Assembly (NCBI RefSeq): GCF_963921235.1
Contig: NC_086097.1
Span: forward strand, 61,196,001-61,260,000
Source of the DNA: Mobula hypostoma
Lineage: Eukaryota
DNA: 64,000 bases
Direction of reading: 5' to 3'
The translations under genes were made by a program, and so were the position numbers. The notes below the pieces were generated by a model. That model searched no databases. It was not told where the DNA came from and saw only the letters and a list, made by a program, of their open reading frames with translations. Positions 10,657 through 23,328 of the stretch are shown here, piece after piece; positions within the stretch are counted from its first letter, which is position 1; every line of letters starts with the position of its first letter.

Positions 10657-12270
10657 CAAAGGTTCAAAGATTAAATTATTATCAAAGTATCCAACTCTAA
10701 AATTCCACTTCTCCAGGTAGCCATGAAGCCAAGAAAGAAAGGAAAGACAGCACAATCATCAACCCCAAATCCCCCTCCATGCATGAAAGAAAATAAAAAA
10801 GATTGGGTGAAAAACACAGACTATAAAAAAAACCTATCAGACTGAAAGAAAATTCTATAGTCCAAGTCCACAACCAAAACACAGAAAACCTGTGCAACAC
10901 TCTCCAGGCACAGCGGCAGGTTCTCCCTGCTCTGGTGCAGGGCAATCAAAAGGCAGGCAGTCGGCGCTTTCCCTCCACACTAGCCTCAATACTTATATCT
11001 CCCTCTTTGATTCAGTTGGCAAACAATGGAAGCTTTCATCAATGAAATGGAGTTGATCATTGGCTTGTGCCCTGTCCCGCAACCTGCCCACTATGAGATT
11101 CATGCACGCTGCCTCTGTATCCTGGAATTCTCTCAAAATTGCAGAGCGCTGGAACACTCAGATGATCTTTAAACTTCTGCATTGGCCTTGATGTTTCAAC
11201 CTCCCTCATCACTTTAATTAGCAAAAAAAACAGAAGCTTTAATCAGCAAAATGAAGTTGTACACTGGCTCCCACGCTGTCCCGCAGACTGCCTGCCATGA
11301 TATTCCGTCATGCTACCTCTGCCTCCCGGAATCCTCTTGAAGGCTGCAGAATGCTGGAACATCCAAACAATCTCCAAACAGAAAATTACAGGCTCTAATA
11401 GTTCCAGAATCACATTTGTGACGAATACACATAGATAAGATGTTAACTGTCCTGTGTGATCAGCAGTTGGTCTGCCACCTGTCTTCAAGAGAGAGATAAG
11501 GGACACAATGAAACAGCACCTGGAGATGTGTAGAGAGCTGTCTGGAGCGGCTGCCCCTTTGAACCCTGAACTGTTTGAAGTGATGGACAGGCGATACCCC
11601 AGCAGGGGGATAAAAAGGGACCGGTTCGCTAAGGCAGGACACACACGACACCCGAGGTAACGAGACCCTGGAGCGGTGCGCCTCTCACGAGTCGGTGGGA
11701 AGTATCGGACAACGCACAGGGTGGAAAGGTACGATCAGCGGGAACCCGGTGTGTGTCCGCCCTTGCTTGAGTGCCGGGTTCACTGCAGAGGATCGACCGC
11801 ATCTGGAGGAGGGGTCACAGTCGGTGACCTCAGGTGACATCACCAAGGACCTGCCCAAAAGCTGCTTGTGAGCAATTATTGCCGGTCTGTGAGTGGAAGC
11901 CGTGTTTGAATGATCAGTCGTTCCCGTTCTCTCTCTCCCTCCCCCCACGTTGTCCATCGCCATGGCAACGATTACTGCGAACTGAACTAAATTGGACTGA
12001 ACTTTTGTGTCACTTTGAAATTGGTCATTTATCCCTAGACAACGATAGAGCTTGATTGCTGTTGTTATCTTAATTCAGTGCACATGTGTGTTTATCATTG
12101 CTGAACTGTTGCATTTATTATCCGTTCGATTACTGCATTGCTTGTTTCTTTAATAAAACTTCCTTAGTTCTAGTAATCCAGACTCCAACTGAGTGATCCA
12201 TTTCTGCTGGCCAGTTACGGGGTACGTAACACTTTCAAGATGAAAAACAAATGTAAAAGACATAGATGTG
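10657..12270 (-). repeat. Unclassified interspersed repeat (LINE 3'UTR-like) inside the ERV LTR; hosts the solo LTR
   Basis: Abrupt break in the LTR homology at ~10657, starting with a CAAAGGTTCAAAG...TTATT tail-like motif. Right boundary uncertain. Confidence 0.4.
11417..12231 (+). repeat. Solo LTR of the 427-5300 family (diverged subfamily)
   Basis: TGTGACG...CGTAACA, colinear with 427-1289, with no PBS or internal sequence. Flanks CATT/CTTT (imperfect TSD). Confidence 0.9.
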
Positions 12271-14762
12271 ACCAGCAGCCAATCTGGACATCAGAAGTTT
12301 GGAGAGAGGGGGACTTCAAACAGGTCCACTGCCCAATGATAAAAGGCAATAGTGGGTTATGTCAGCATAATAGAACTTTGACCAGCAACCATTCGGCATC
12401 TGGATTTGATTAGTAAGAGCAAATTAAAGTAAGGCAGGGCAAGTGCAGCAGCCACCATCTGAGAGAACATAGTTAAGGGGGCGATCTTGAGGCTTTAGCT
12501 CTTCAAGGCTTCTGCAAAGAGAGGCCTCACTCAGAGAAAGCAAAGGAAAGAAAAGCTCAAGTTTTTTTCCTTCCCTGCTTTATACTGCTCTGCTAGGACG
12601 GTAGAAATGCCAGGGAGTATAATGAAAAACTCCTCTTGTGGGTTGGGGGATGGCAGGGAGACCTCCAGTGTCCCTGACAACTACAACTGCAGGAAGTGCA
12701 TCCAGTTGCAGCTTCTAACAAACCGTGTTAAGGAGTTGGAGCTGGAGCTGGGTGAACTTTGGTCATTAGGGAGGATGAAGAGGTGATAGATATGACATAT
12801 AGAGAGGTAGGTACACCCAAGGTGCAGGATGCAGCAAACTGGATGACAATCAGGAAGGGGTTAAGGAGCCAGTGCAGAGATCCCCTGTTGCCATCCCCTC
12901 AACAACAGGTATATTATTTTGGATACTGTTGCAGGGGAATGACCTAACAGAGCAGAGTCATAGTGGTCGGGTCTCTGGAACTGAGATCTGCCTCTGTGAC
13001 TCAGCTGGGAAGGGGGAAGAAGAGGCACGTTGTGGTGATAGGTGATTCATTAATTAGGGGAACAGACAGGAGGTTCTGTGGGTGAGAAGAAGATTTCCAG
13101 ATAGTATGTTGCTTCCTGGATGCCAGTGTCAAGGATATCTCTGATCAGGTCCTCAGCATTCTTAAGTGGGAGGGTGAGCAGCCAGAGGTCATGTTCCATG
13201 TAGGTACCAATGACATGGGTAGGACGAGTGACGAGGTTCTGTGAGTTAGGTGCTAATATAAAGGACAGGAGCTCCAGGGTTGTGATCTCAGCATTGCTAC
13301 CTGTGCCACTTGCTAGTGAGACTAGAACTAGTAAGATTATACAGTTTAATATGTGGCTAGAGAGTTGGTGTAGGAGCGAGGGTATAAGAGTTCTGGATCA
13401 TTCAGCTCTCTTCCAGGGAAGGTGAGACCTGTACAGAAGGAATAGTTTGACCTTATCTGGAGGGGGACTAATATCTTAGTGGAAAGCTTTGTTAATGCTG
13501 CACGGTAGGGTTTAAGCTAGATTTGCAGGGAGGTGGGAACCAGAATGCCAGAACAGTTAGTGGAGATGTTGTGGAGGCAGATGTTGATAAAACCTCAGGT
13601 GAAGTTAGAAATCAAAAGGTTGAGCATGGGGCAACTAATGTCCTGAGTTGCCTATATTTCAATGCAAGAAGTATTGTAGGAAAGGTGGATAACAGTGCTG
13701 AAGATGAGGTAGCTGGTTTACAGACAGAGGCAATGCTTAGTGAAAAGACAATTTCGATGGGGCAAAACTGCAGTCAACAGGATGAGATGCAATATAAAAT
13801 GTGGACAAAATAGAAAAGAGTAAATACGGGGCTGAAGGTGTTGTATCTGAATGTGCGCAGTATATGGAATCAGTTAGATGAACAGTTGCAGATTGGCAGG
13901 TATGATGTTGTAGGCATCACTGAATCATAGCAGAATGATTATAGTTGGGAGCTTAATGTCCAAAGACACTCGTTGTATTGAAAGGACAGGCAGGAAGGCA
14001 GCGGGGGCTATGCTGCTCTGTTGGTAAAAATTTAAATCAAATCATTAGACAGAGGTGACATAGGATTGGAAAGAGTTGAATCATTGTGGATAGAGTTAAG
14101 GAGCTGAAATGGTAAAAGGATCCTGATAGGATTGTATACAGACCCCCAAACAGTTATAAGGATGTGGCCTACAAATTACAATGGGAGATAGAAAATTCAT
14201 GTCAAAAAGGCAATGTTACAATAGTCATGGGGGAATTCAATATGCAGGTAGATTGGGTGCTTTATTACAGGATGGGTTAATTTCTAGAGTGCCTACAAAA
14301 TGGCTTTTTAGAGCAGCTCATGGTCAAGCCAACTGGAGGATTGGCTATTCTGGATTGGGTGTTGTGCAATGAACCAGAATTGATTAGAGAGCTTAAGGTA
14401 AATAACCCTTAGGGGAGAGTAATCATAATATGATCAAATTCATACTGAAATTTGAGAAGGAGAAGATAAAGTCAGATGTATCAGTATTACAGTGTAGTAA
14501 GGGGAATTACAGAGGCATAATGGAGGAGTTGGTCAGAGCTGATTGGAAAAGAACACTGGCAGGGCTGATGGCAGAGCTGCAATGGCTGGAATTTCCGAAA
14601 GCAATTTGGAAGGCACAGGATATATACATCCGAAAGAGATATAAGTATTCTAAAGGAACAATGACACATCCATGACTATCAAGAGAAATCAAAGCCAACA
14701 TAAAAGCCAAGGAGAGGGCAAAGAATAAAGCAAAATATAGTGAGAAATTAGAAGATTAGGAG

Positions 14763-17231
14763 ATTAAGATTTCTTCCGCCGTCTCCGTCTCCGAGCCTAC
14801 TTCTTCGGCAAGGACTCTTCCACCCCCACCGATGACCCTTTCTCCGGTCTTCAACCCTCCTCTTCTTCATGGACACCCCGCTCTGGTCTTCTGCCTGCTC
14901 TGGATCTCTTTATCGCTAATTGCCGACGGGACATCAACCGTCTCAACTTCACCGCACCTTGTCCCCATTCCAACCTCACTCCTTCGGAACGCTCTGCTCT
15001 CCACTCCCTCCGTACTAATCCTAACCTTATTATTAAACCCGCCTATAAGGGGGGTGTTGTTGTAGTCTGGCGTACTGACCTCTACCTTGCCGAGGCACAG
15101 CGACAACTCGCGGATACCTCCTCTTATTTACCCCTCAATCGTGACCCCACTAAGGAGCACCAGGCCATTGTCTCCCACACCATCACCGACTTTATCCGCT
15201 CAGGGGATCTCCCATCCACTGCTACCAACCTTATAGTTCCCACACCTCGCACTTCCCGTTTCTACCTCCTACCCAAGATCCACAAACCTGCCTGTCCTGG
15301 CCGACCTATTGTCTCAGCTTGCTCCTGCCCCACCGAACTCGTTTCTGCATACCTCGACACGGTTTTATCACCCCTTGTTCAATCCCTTCCGACCTATGTT
15401 CGTGATACTTCTCATGCTCTTAAACTTTTCGATGATTTTAAGTTCCCTGGCCCCCACCGCTTTATTTTCACCATGGATGTCCAGTCCTTATATACTTCCA
15501 TCCCCCATCAGGATGGTCTCAAAGCTCTACGCTTCTTTTTGGATTCCAGACCTAATCAGTTCCCCTCTACCACCACTCTGCTCCGTCTAGCGGAATTAGT
15601 CCTTACTCTTAATAATTTCTCTTTGGCTCCTCCCACTTCCTCCAAACTAAAGGTGTAGATATGGGCACCCGTATGGGTCCTAGCTATGCCTGCCTTTTTG
15701 TTGGCTTTGTGAAACAATCTATGTTCCGTGCCTATTCTGGTATCTGTCCCCCACTTTTCCTTCGCTACATCGACGACTGCATTGGCGCTGCTTCCTGCAC
15801 GCATGCAGAACTCGTTGACTTTATTAACTTTGTCTCCAACTTTCACCCTGCCCTCAAGTTTACCTGGTCCATGTCCGACACCTCCCTCCCCTTTCTAGAT
15901 CTTTCTGTCTCTGTCTCTGGAGACAGCTTATCCACTGATGTCTACTATAAGCCTACTGACTCTCACAGCTATCTGGACTATTCCTCTTCTCACCCTGTCT
16001 CTTGCAAAAACGCCATCCCCTTCTCGCAATTCCTCCGTCTCTGCCGCATCTGCTCTCAGGATGAGGCTTTTCACTCTAGGACGAGGGAGATGTCTTCCTT
16101 TTTTAAAGAAAGGGGCTTCCCTTCCTCCACTATCAACTCTGCTCTTAAAAGCATCTCCCCCATTTCACATACATCTGCTCTCACTCCATCCTCCCGCTAC
16201 CCCACTAGGAATAGGGTTCCCCTGGTCCTCACCTACCACCCCACCAGCCTCCGGGTCCAACATATTATTCTCCGTAACTTCCGCCACCTCCAACGGGATC
16301 CCACCACTAAGCACATCTTTCCCTCCCCCCCCCCTGCATTCCGCAGGGATCGCTCCCTACACAACTCCCTTGTCCATTCGTTCCCCCCCATCCCTCCCCA
16401 CTGATCTCCCTCCTGGCACTTATCCGTGTAAGCGGAACAAATGCTACACATGCCCTTACACTTCCTCCCTTACCGCCATTCAGGGCCCCAAACAGTCCTT
16501 CCACGTGAGGCAACACTTCACCTGTTAGTCGACTGGGGTGATATACTGCGTCCGGTGCTCCCGATGTGGCCTTTGATATATTGGCGAGACCCGACGCAGA
16601 CTGGGAGACCGCTTTGCTGAACACCTACGCTCTGTCCGTCAGAGAAAGCAGGATCTCCCAGTGGCCACACATTTTAATTCCACATCACATTCCCATTCCC
16701 ATTCTGACATGTCTATCTATGGCCTCCTCTACTGTAAAGATGAAGCCGCACTCAGGTTGGAGGAACAACACCTTATATTCCGTCTGGGTAGCCTCCAACC
16801 TGATGGCATGAACATCGACTTCTCTAACTTCTGCTAAGGCCCCACTTCCCCCTCGTACCCCATCTGTTACTTATTTTTATGCACACATTCTTTCTCTCAC
16901 TCTCCTTTTTCTCCCTCTGTCCCTCTGAATATACCTCTTGCCCATCCTCTGGGTCCCCTCCCCCCTTGTCTTTCTTCCCGGACCTCCTGTCCCATGATCC
17001 TCTCGTATCTCCTTTTGCCTATCACCTGTCCAGCTCTCGGCTCTATCCCTCTCCCTCCTGTCTTCTCCTATCATTTTGGATCTCCCTCTCCCCCTCTAAC
17101 TTTCAAATCCCTTACTCACTCTTCCTTCAGTTAGTCCTGACGAAGGGTCTCGGCCTGAAACGTTGACTGCACCTCTTCCTACAGATGCTGCCTGGCCCGC
17201 TGCGTTCACCAGCAACTTTGATGTGTGTTGC
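14763..17231 (+). mobile_element. Penelope-like element, 5'-truncated (RT + GIY-YIG endonuclease, frameshifted)
   Basis: FTMDVQSLYTSIP, MGTRMGPSYACLF, FLRYIDD, GVIYCVRCSRCGL*YIGET. 14-bp TSD TAGAAGATTAGGAG (14749-14762, 17232-17245). Confidence 0.92.
17132..17169 (+). ncRNA. Minimal hammerhead ribozyme motif in the PLE terminal repeat
   Basis: TAGTC-CTGACGA-AGGGTCTCGGCCT-GAAA-CGTT^GACTG: CUGANGA and GAAA cores, palindromic ACGT stem III, GUU triplet. Confidence 0.75.
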
Positions 17232-17248
17232 TAGAAGATTAGGAGCTT

Positions 17249-20200
17249 TCTTTTTCAATATTTTTGTTAATTACTTGCATAGACAAATACAAAATACATT
17301 ATGATATTATGGAAACAGAAACAAGATTGAATTGCCCCATAACCATGTATAATAAATTAACCATAAAATTGAAAAGGTATATTTTATTCTAATCTAAAGC
17401 AAAATCAAAACCCCACAACAAAACAGAAAAAAAAGAGGAAAAAACAGCTGTTTGGTTAAAAGAAAAGAAAAAAAAACTTTGACATATAGTCGTAAATTCA
17501 AACATATAAAAGCTATGATCATTGCTGACCAAATCAAAAATTGTGAAAGTAGTTCTGAAAAAGTCCCCATAATGTGAAAAAATCTTGTCTAGGTATAGAA
17601 ATAGAACACCTAATCTTCTCTAGACTTAAACATGACATAACATCAATCAACCAATGGGCTTGAGTAGGTGGAGTGGCATCTTTCCATTTAAGCAACAGCA
17701 CTCTTCTGGCTAAAAGAGAAATAAAAGCCAAAATATGCAAATTATTTGGCTTACGAGTAAAATTATTTCCTCCACCAATGCCAAACAAGATAGTCAGTGG
17801 GTTGGGTTTAAAGTTTACTTTAAAAAGCTCCAAGAAAGTTTGAAATACTTCTTTCCAAAATTTGTCAAGCCGCTGACAGGATCAAAACATATGAATTAGA
17901 GAGGCCTCTTCGACATTACACTTATAACAGTATGGAGAAAAATCTGAGTAAAAATGAGAGAGCTTATCTTTAGTCATATAGGCTCTATGGACCACTTTAA
18001 ATTGTGAAAGACAGTGACACGCACATAACGAAGAGGTGTGAACAAGTTTAAAAATTTCATTCCAAGTATCCTCTTCAATTGAAATCTGTAGGTCATGTTC
18101 CCAGAGGTTTTTAATTTTGTCTAATGGAATGTTTCTCAATACCAACATCATACTATAAATATTAAAAATAGATCATTATGAAAAGGATTCAAAGTAAAAG
18201 TTGTATCAGTTAAACTCTTATCTGGACATTTAGGAAATGCATAAAGTTGAGAATGCAAGAAGTCTCTAATTTGTAAATATCTAAAAATGTGAGCTTTATG
18301 AAGATTATACTTAATAGATAGTTGATCAAATGAGGAAACGTTATTTCCAACAAACGGATCCTGAAAACATTTAATACCTAGTCTATTCCACTCTTTAAAA
18401 ACCACATCAGTCAAAGAAGGTTTAAAAAAAATTAGAAAAAATGGGACTAGAGAGTGAAAAATCAATTAACCCAAAGAATTTTCTAAATTGTAACCAAATT
18501 CTTAAAGAATATTTAACTACAAAATTATCAGTTAAATTGTTTTAGGATAGAGGAAATGAACAACCAAGAAGCTAAATAATAGAAAATTTATTAACAGAAT
18601 TAACTTCTGAAGAAACCCAAACCGGACAGTCTTCACAATTAATCTAGTATATCCAAAACGTAAGGTAGTGTATGTTGACTGCCCAGTAGTAAAACCTAAA
18701 ATTGGGTAGGGCTAATCCCCTATTTTTTTAGCTTTCTGAAGATGAACTTATTTAATCGGGGAAGGGGGAGGGGTTGCTATTCTTCCATCAGTAAGAAGAT
18801 ATAATTGAATCCAAAGAGTCGAAAAAGGATTTAGGAATAAAAACAGGTAGGGCTTGAAATAAGTATAGAAATTTAGGCAAAATATTCATTTTAATAGAAT
18901 TAATACATCCAATCAGCGATAAAGAAAGGGGAGACCAATTTGATAGTACCTTCTTAACATATTCCAAAAGAGTGATAAAGTTTTCTTTAAAAATTAATTT
19001 ATAATTCTTAGTAATTGTTATACCCAATTATGTAAGTTGTTTTCTTACAATTTTAAAAGGAAGGTCAGAGTTGACTGATACCAAATTATTCAAAGGAAAA
19101 AATTCACTCTTATGAAGATTAAGTTTATATCCTGAGAACTGACTAAATTCAGAAAGTAAAGAGAGTACTGAGGGTAGAGAGGACTCCACGTTATAAATAT
19201 AATGCAAAGGTCATCAGCATAAAGCGACACCTTATGAGTGATACCCCTCCTTAAAATACCCGAGATGACCACAGATTCACGAAACGCGATGGCTAAAGGC
19301 TCTATAGCAAATCAAAAAAGCAAAGGACTCAAAGGACATCCTTGTCTGGTTCCACATTGCGATTAAATGGTTTAGAACTCAGACAGTTAGTAGGAACCTG
19401 TGCAGTGGGAGATGAATAAAATAATTTAATCCATTGAATAAAATTGGAGCCAAATTTAAATTTTTCTAATATTTTAAATAAATAATTCTATTCAACCCAT
19501 CAAAGGCTTTCTCAGTATCCAAAGAAATTACACAATCCAAAGTTTCTTTAGAGGCAGAATAAATAACATTCAGTTAATGACGAATGTTAAAATGAGAATA
19601 ACGATTTTTAACAAATCCAGTCTGGTCATCAGAGATAATAAAAGGAAGAATGTTTTCCATCCTATGAGCTAAAAGTTTAGATAAAATTTTAGTGTCAACA
19701 TTAAATAAAGCTATCGGTCTGTAGGAAGAGCAATCAGTTGGGTCTTTATTCTTTCTGAGGATAAGTGAAAGAGAGGCATCATAAAAAGACTGTGGCAACC
19801 TACCTAATTTAAAAGAGTCAGAAAGAACAGAAAGTAAGTGAGGAATAAGCAAAGGAGCAAAAGCCTTGTAGAACTCTCCAGAAAATCCTTCAGGACCAGG
19901 AGCCTTCCCCGAACTCAGAAAATGGACAACCCGGTCAATTTCCTCGGAAGAAAAAGGTTTTCAATTTTCAATTAAGCTCAGAAAGTGAGGGAATGTTTAA
20001 ATGATCTAGAAAATTATTCATAGCAAAATTGGCTTTAAGGGAATCTGAACTATACAGTTTAGAGTAAAATTCTCTAAAAGTATCATTTATTTCTAATTGA
20101 TCAGAAGTTTTATCACCATTTGCTTTGGAAATTTCCTTAATTCGATGTTTAACTGTTAAAGTTTTAAGTTGATTAGTCAAAAGTTTGCCCGTTTTATCAC

Positions 20201-23200
20201 CATGAACATAAATTCACTTTTATCTTTTAAAAGTTGAGTTTCAACAGGGTAAGTTAAAAACAGATCATATTTAGTTTTAACTTCCACACATCTTTTATAC
20301 AAAACAGGATCCAGATCAGCAGTATATTTTTGATCTAAATGTTTCAGCTGATTGGCTAAATCACTTTGCTCCTTATTAGCTTTTTTCTTAATACTTGCTG
20401 TATAGGAAATAACATGGCCTCTAATATAAGCCTTGAAAGCATCCCAAATAATAAGGCCAGAAGTGCCATCTAGCATATTCTCTTCAAAAAAAAAGTAATT
20501 TAACTCTCTAAAAATTGTAAAACAAAAGCCTTATCCGATAGTAAAATTGAATTAAAACGCCAAAATCTGTTTGATCAAGAAACACCCGGAAGATTTAAAG
20601 ATTAATAAACGGGGGCATGATCAAGCAGCAATTTCTTTGTAATCACAGGATTGAACAGAGGGGATTAAATGACTATTGACAAAAAAAATAATCCTGGAGT
20701 ACGTATGATGAACATGAGAATAAAAGGAATATTCTCTACTTGATGGGTATAAAAAAAACGCCAAACATCAATAATGTCACATTTCATTGCAAAAAATTGG
20801 ATATAGGAGGCAGATCTACTAACATTCAATCGTTTCGAAGATGAATGGTCTAAAACAGGGTCAAGACAACAATTAAAATCCCCTCCCAAGATTAAAGAGT
20901 ACAAATTTAAGTCTGGTAAAAAAAGGGAAAAAAGCATTCAAAAAAGCCAGGATCATCTATATTCGAAGCATAGAGATTAGCAAAAACCATTAGTTTGTTA
21001 TCCAGTTTCCCTGAGACTATAACGAACCGCCCATCGGGGTTAGACATTACATCATGTTGAACTAAAGCAACTGAATTATCAATCAAAATCAAAGTACCTC
21101 TGGCCTTGGCTTGAAAGGAAGAATGAAAAGCTAGACTATTCCAATGTTTGAACAAATGCCCATAGTCAGATCGGTGAACATGTGTCTCTTGTGAAAAAAC
21201 AATTGAGGCATTCAATTTCTTAATATAGGTAAAAAGCTTCTTACATTTCACAGGGTGGTTTAAACCTTTCACATTTAAACTAAGAAAATTAATATTGTAT
21301 CCCGTTTAATTATGTTTAAAACAGAGGTTAAACATATAAACCATTGGAGTATACTAAAAATCCAAACCTTAAAATTCAAAATACTTGTCCAAGCAATAGA
21401 TGAGGCAGGGATAACCATACAGCTAATAAAAAAGAAAAAGAAAAAAAAAACCCACTCCTGTCCACCCCCCTCCCAAGGAAAAAAATCACCCAAGCGAGGG
21501 TGAAAGCTAATCTACTGATAAATCCCACCCCCTACATCCTACTGGCAAAGATCCAAGAGAAGAAAAGATTAGTACAGAACGAATTCCAACCTAGACGAAA
21601 TAACTTTCAAAAGAACTGTAACAATCAAAACATAATGTTTGCAAAAAATAATTACAAAGAAAACTTACTGAAGTGAAGTCTATTAATTTCCTAAACAGAA
21701 AAAATAAAAAAGAAGACAAAGAAGAATTATTTATGAAAATATATCAAAAAAAGAATTATTCCAAGAAGAAAAGTAATAAACAAATAAACTGCACAATGAA
21801 TTAATCAGACAAACTGAGGGAACAAGGTTATATGAAGCAGATATAAACATTTAAACTTCTGGGGTTGAGAGACTAAATATTATTCCAAAGAGTTAAAGAA
21901 GAGTTCAAAACATCATGTTGAAAAAAAATTAGCTCAGCAAAGAAAATATGATAAGAACAGAAACTAATTATAAGAGTATACGAGAATAGAAGAGAGAATT
22001 GTTCAAAAAAAAGAAAAAAGAAAAATGAGAAAAAAGAATTATTTATGGAACTATATCGAAAAAAGAACTATTCAAAGAAAAATAATAAACAAATAAACTG
22101 TACACTTACAACGAATTAATCAGTCAAACTGAGGGATCAAGGTTATATGAAGCAAAAATAGATATTTAAACTTCTGGAGTTGATAAAATAAATGTTATTC
22201 CAAAGAACTAAAGAAGAGTTCAAAACATCACGTTGAAGAAAAAATTACTCAGCAAAGAAAACACGATAAGAACAGAAACTAATTATAAGAGTTTACGAGA
22301 ATAGACGAGAAAATTGTTCAACAAAAGACGTACTAAACCATTAGATTGCAAACTTCCAACAACAAAGAATTGGTAAAACTAAGGAAGCGTAATTTATATA
22401 ATACAGTATTAAACAATTACTTCTGTGGACTTGATTTGGCCTGAAGAAAATTGTGCACTTCCTGAATCGAACGAAACCACTTAGGAGATCCATTTTCCAA
22501 AATGATCCTGAGGCAAGTGGGGTAATTTAGAGAAGTTTTATAGCCTTTGTTGTATAACTCTGCCATAACCTTTTTATACTTAAATTGTTTGTTTAATACC
22601 TCAGGTGAATAATCTTCAACCAGCCTTATCTTATAATCTTCAAAGTTAATCATACCTAAACAACAAGATTGGCGAATTATAGAAACCTTAGTTTGGAAGT
22701 CATGAAAAGCAATTATCATAGGTTGAGGTTTTCTTTGAGCAGTGGCTCTAAACATTGAGATTCGGCGTGCCCGGTCTATTCTTGGTGGAGTATCCAAAAC
22801 ATCAGAAAACAAATGAGCCAACAGATTTGCAAAAATTCTGCAGGTCGCTTGCCTTCGACCCAATCAGGAAGAATTTGTATATACAAATTTTGGGTCTTCC
22901 TTCTTGATCTATTCTCCAAAACGACAATCTTTTGTCTTAAGGATTCAACGATTTTTGATTGTTGATCTCCAAGCTTTTCCAATTCATCCATCTTAGTGTC
23001 CAGTCTGGTTAAAGCATCTTCATATCCTTGAATCTGAGTAGTATGTTCCTGCAAAGTTTTTTTGCAAAGTCTGCAGCAGAATCTCCATTTGTTTTGGTAA
23101 CTTTTAAACATACTTCTGAAAGTTGTTCAGACGTTTCGCTCTGAGCTTTCTGAATTAACTCCGCAATAACTTCCCTTGTCACAGAAGGATCTTCTTCGTT

Positions 23201-23328
23201 TTTTGAAGTTTTAGCATGAGATATCATAATACTCCAAAAGTAAGTTTGTCGAAGCAGATTGGATTGAGTAATTTAAAAAGAACAGAGCTGTTCGAGAAAA
23301 CGTCTACTCCATGCCAGTAGGAAGAGTC
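17249..23328 (-). mobile_element. Full-length (~6.1 kb) degenerate L1-clade LINE
   Basis: ORF1 pieces 22417-23227 (LENRSRR, IDRARR, EDYSPE); ORF2 pieces 17534-~21300 (KGLNHPVK, QETH, GGDFN, DQTGF, SLYADD, SLIHMF). 8-bp TSD AGGAGCTT (17241-17248, 23329-23336); A-rich tail. Confidence 0.9.
21722..22328. repeat. ~310-bp tandem duplication in the L1 inter-ORF spacer
   Basis: 21722-22013 and 22034-22328 are colinear (AAGAATTATTTATG...AATTGTTCAA). Confidence 0.8.
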
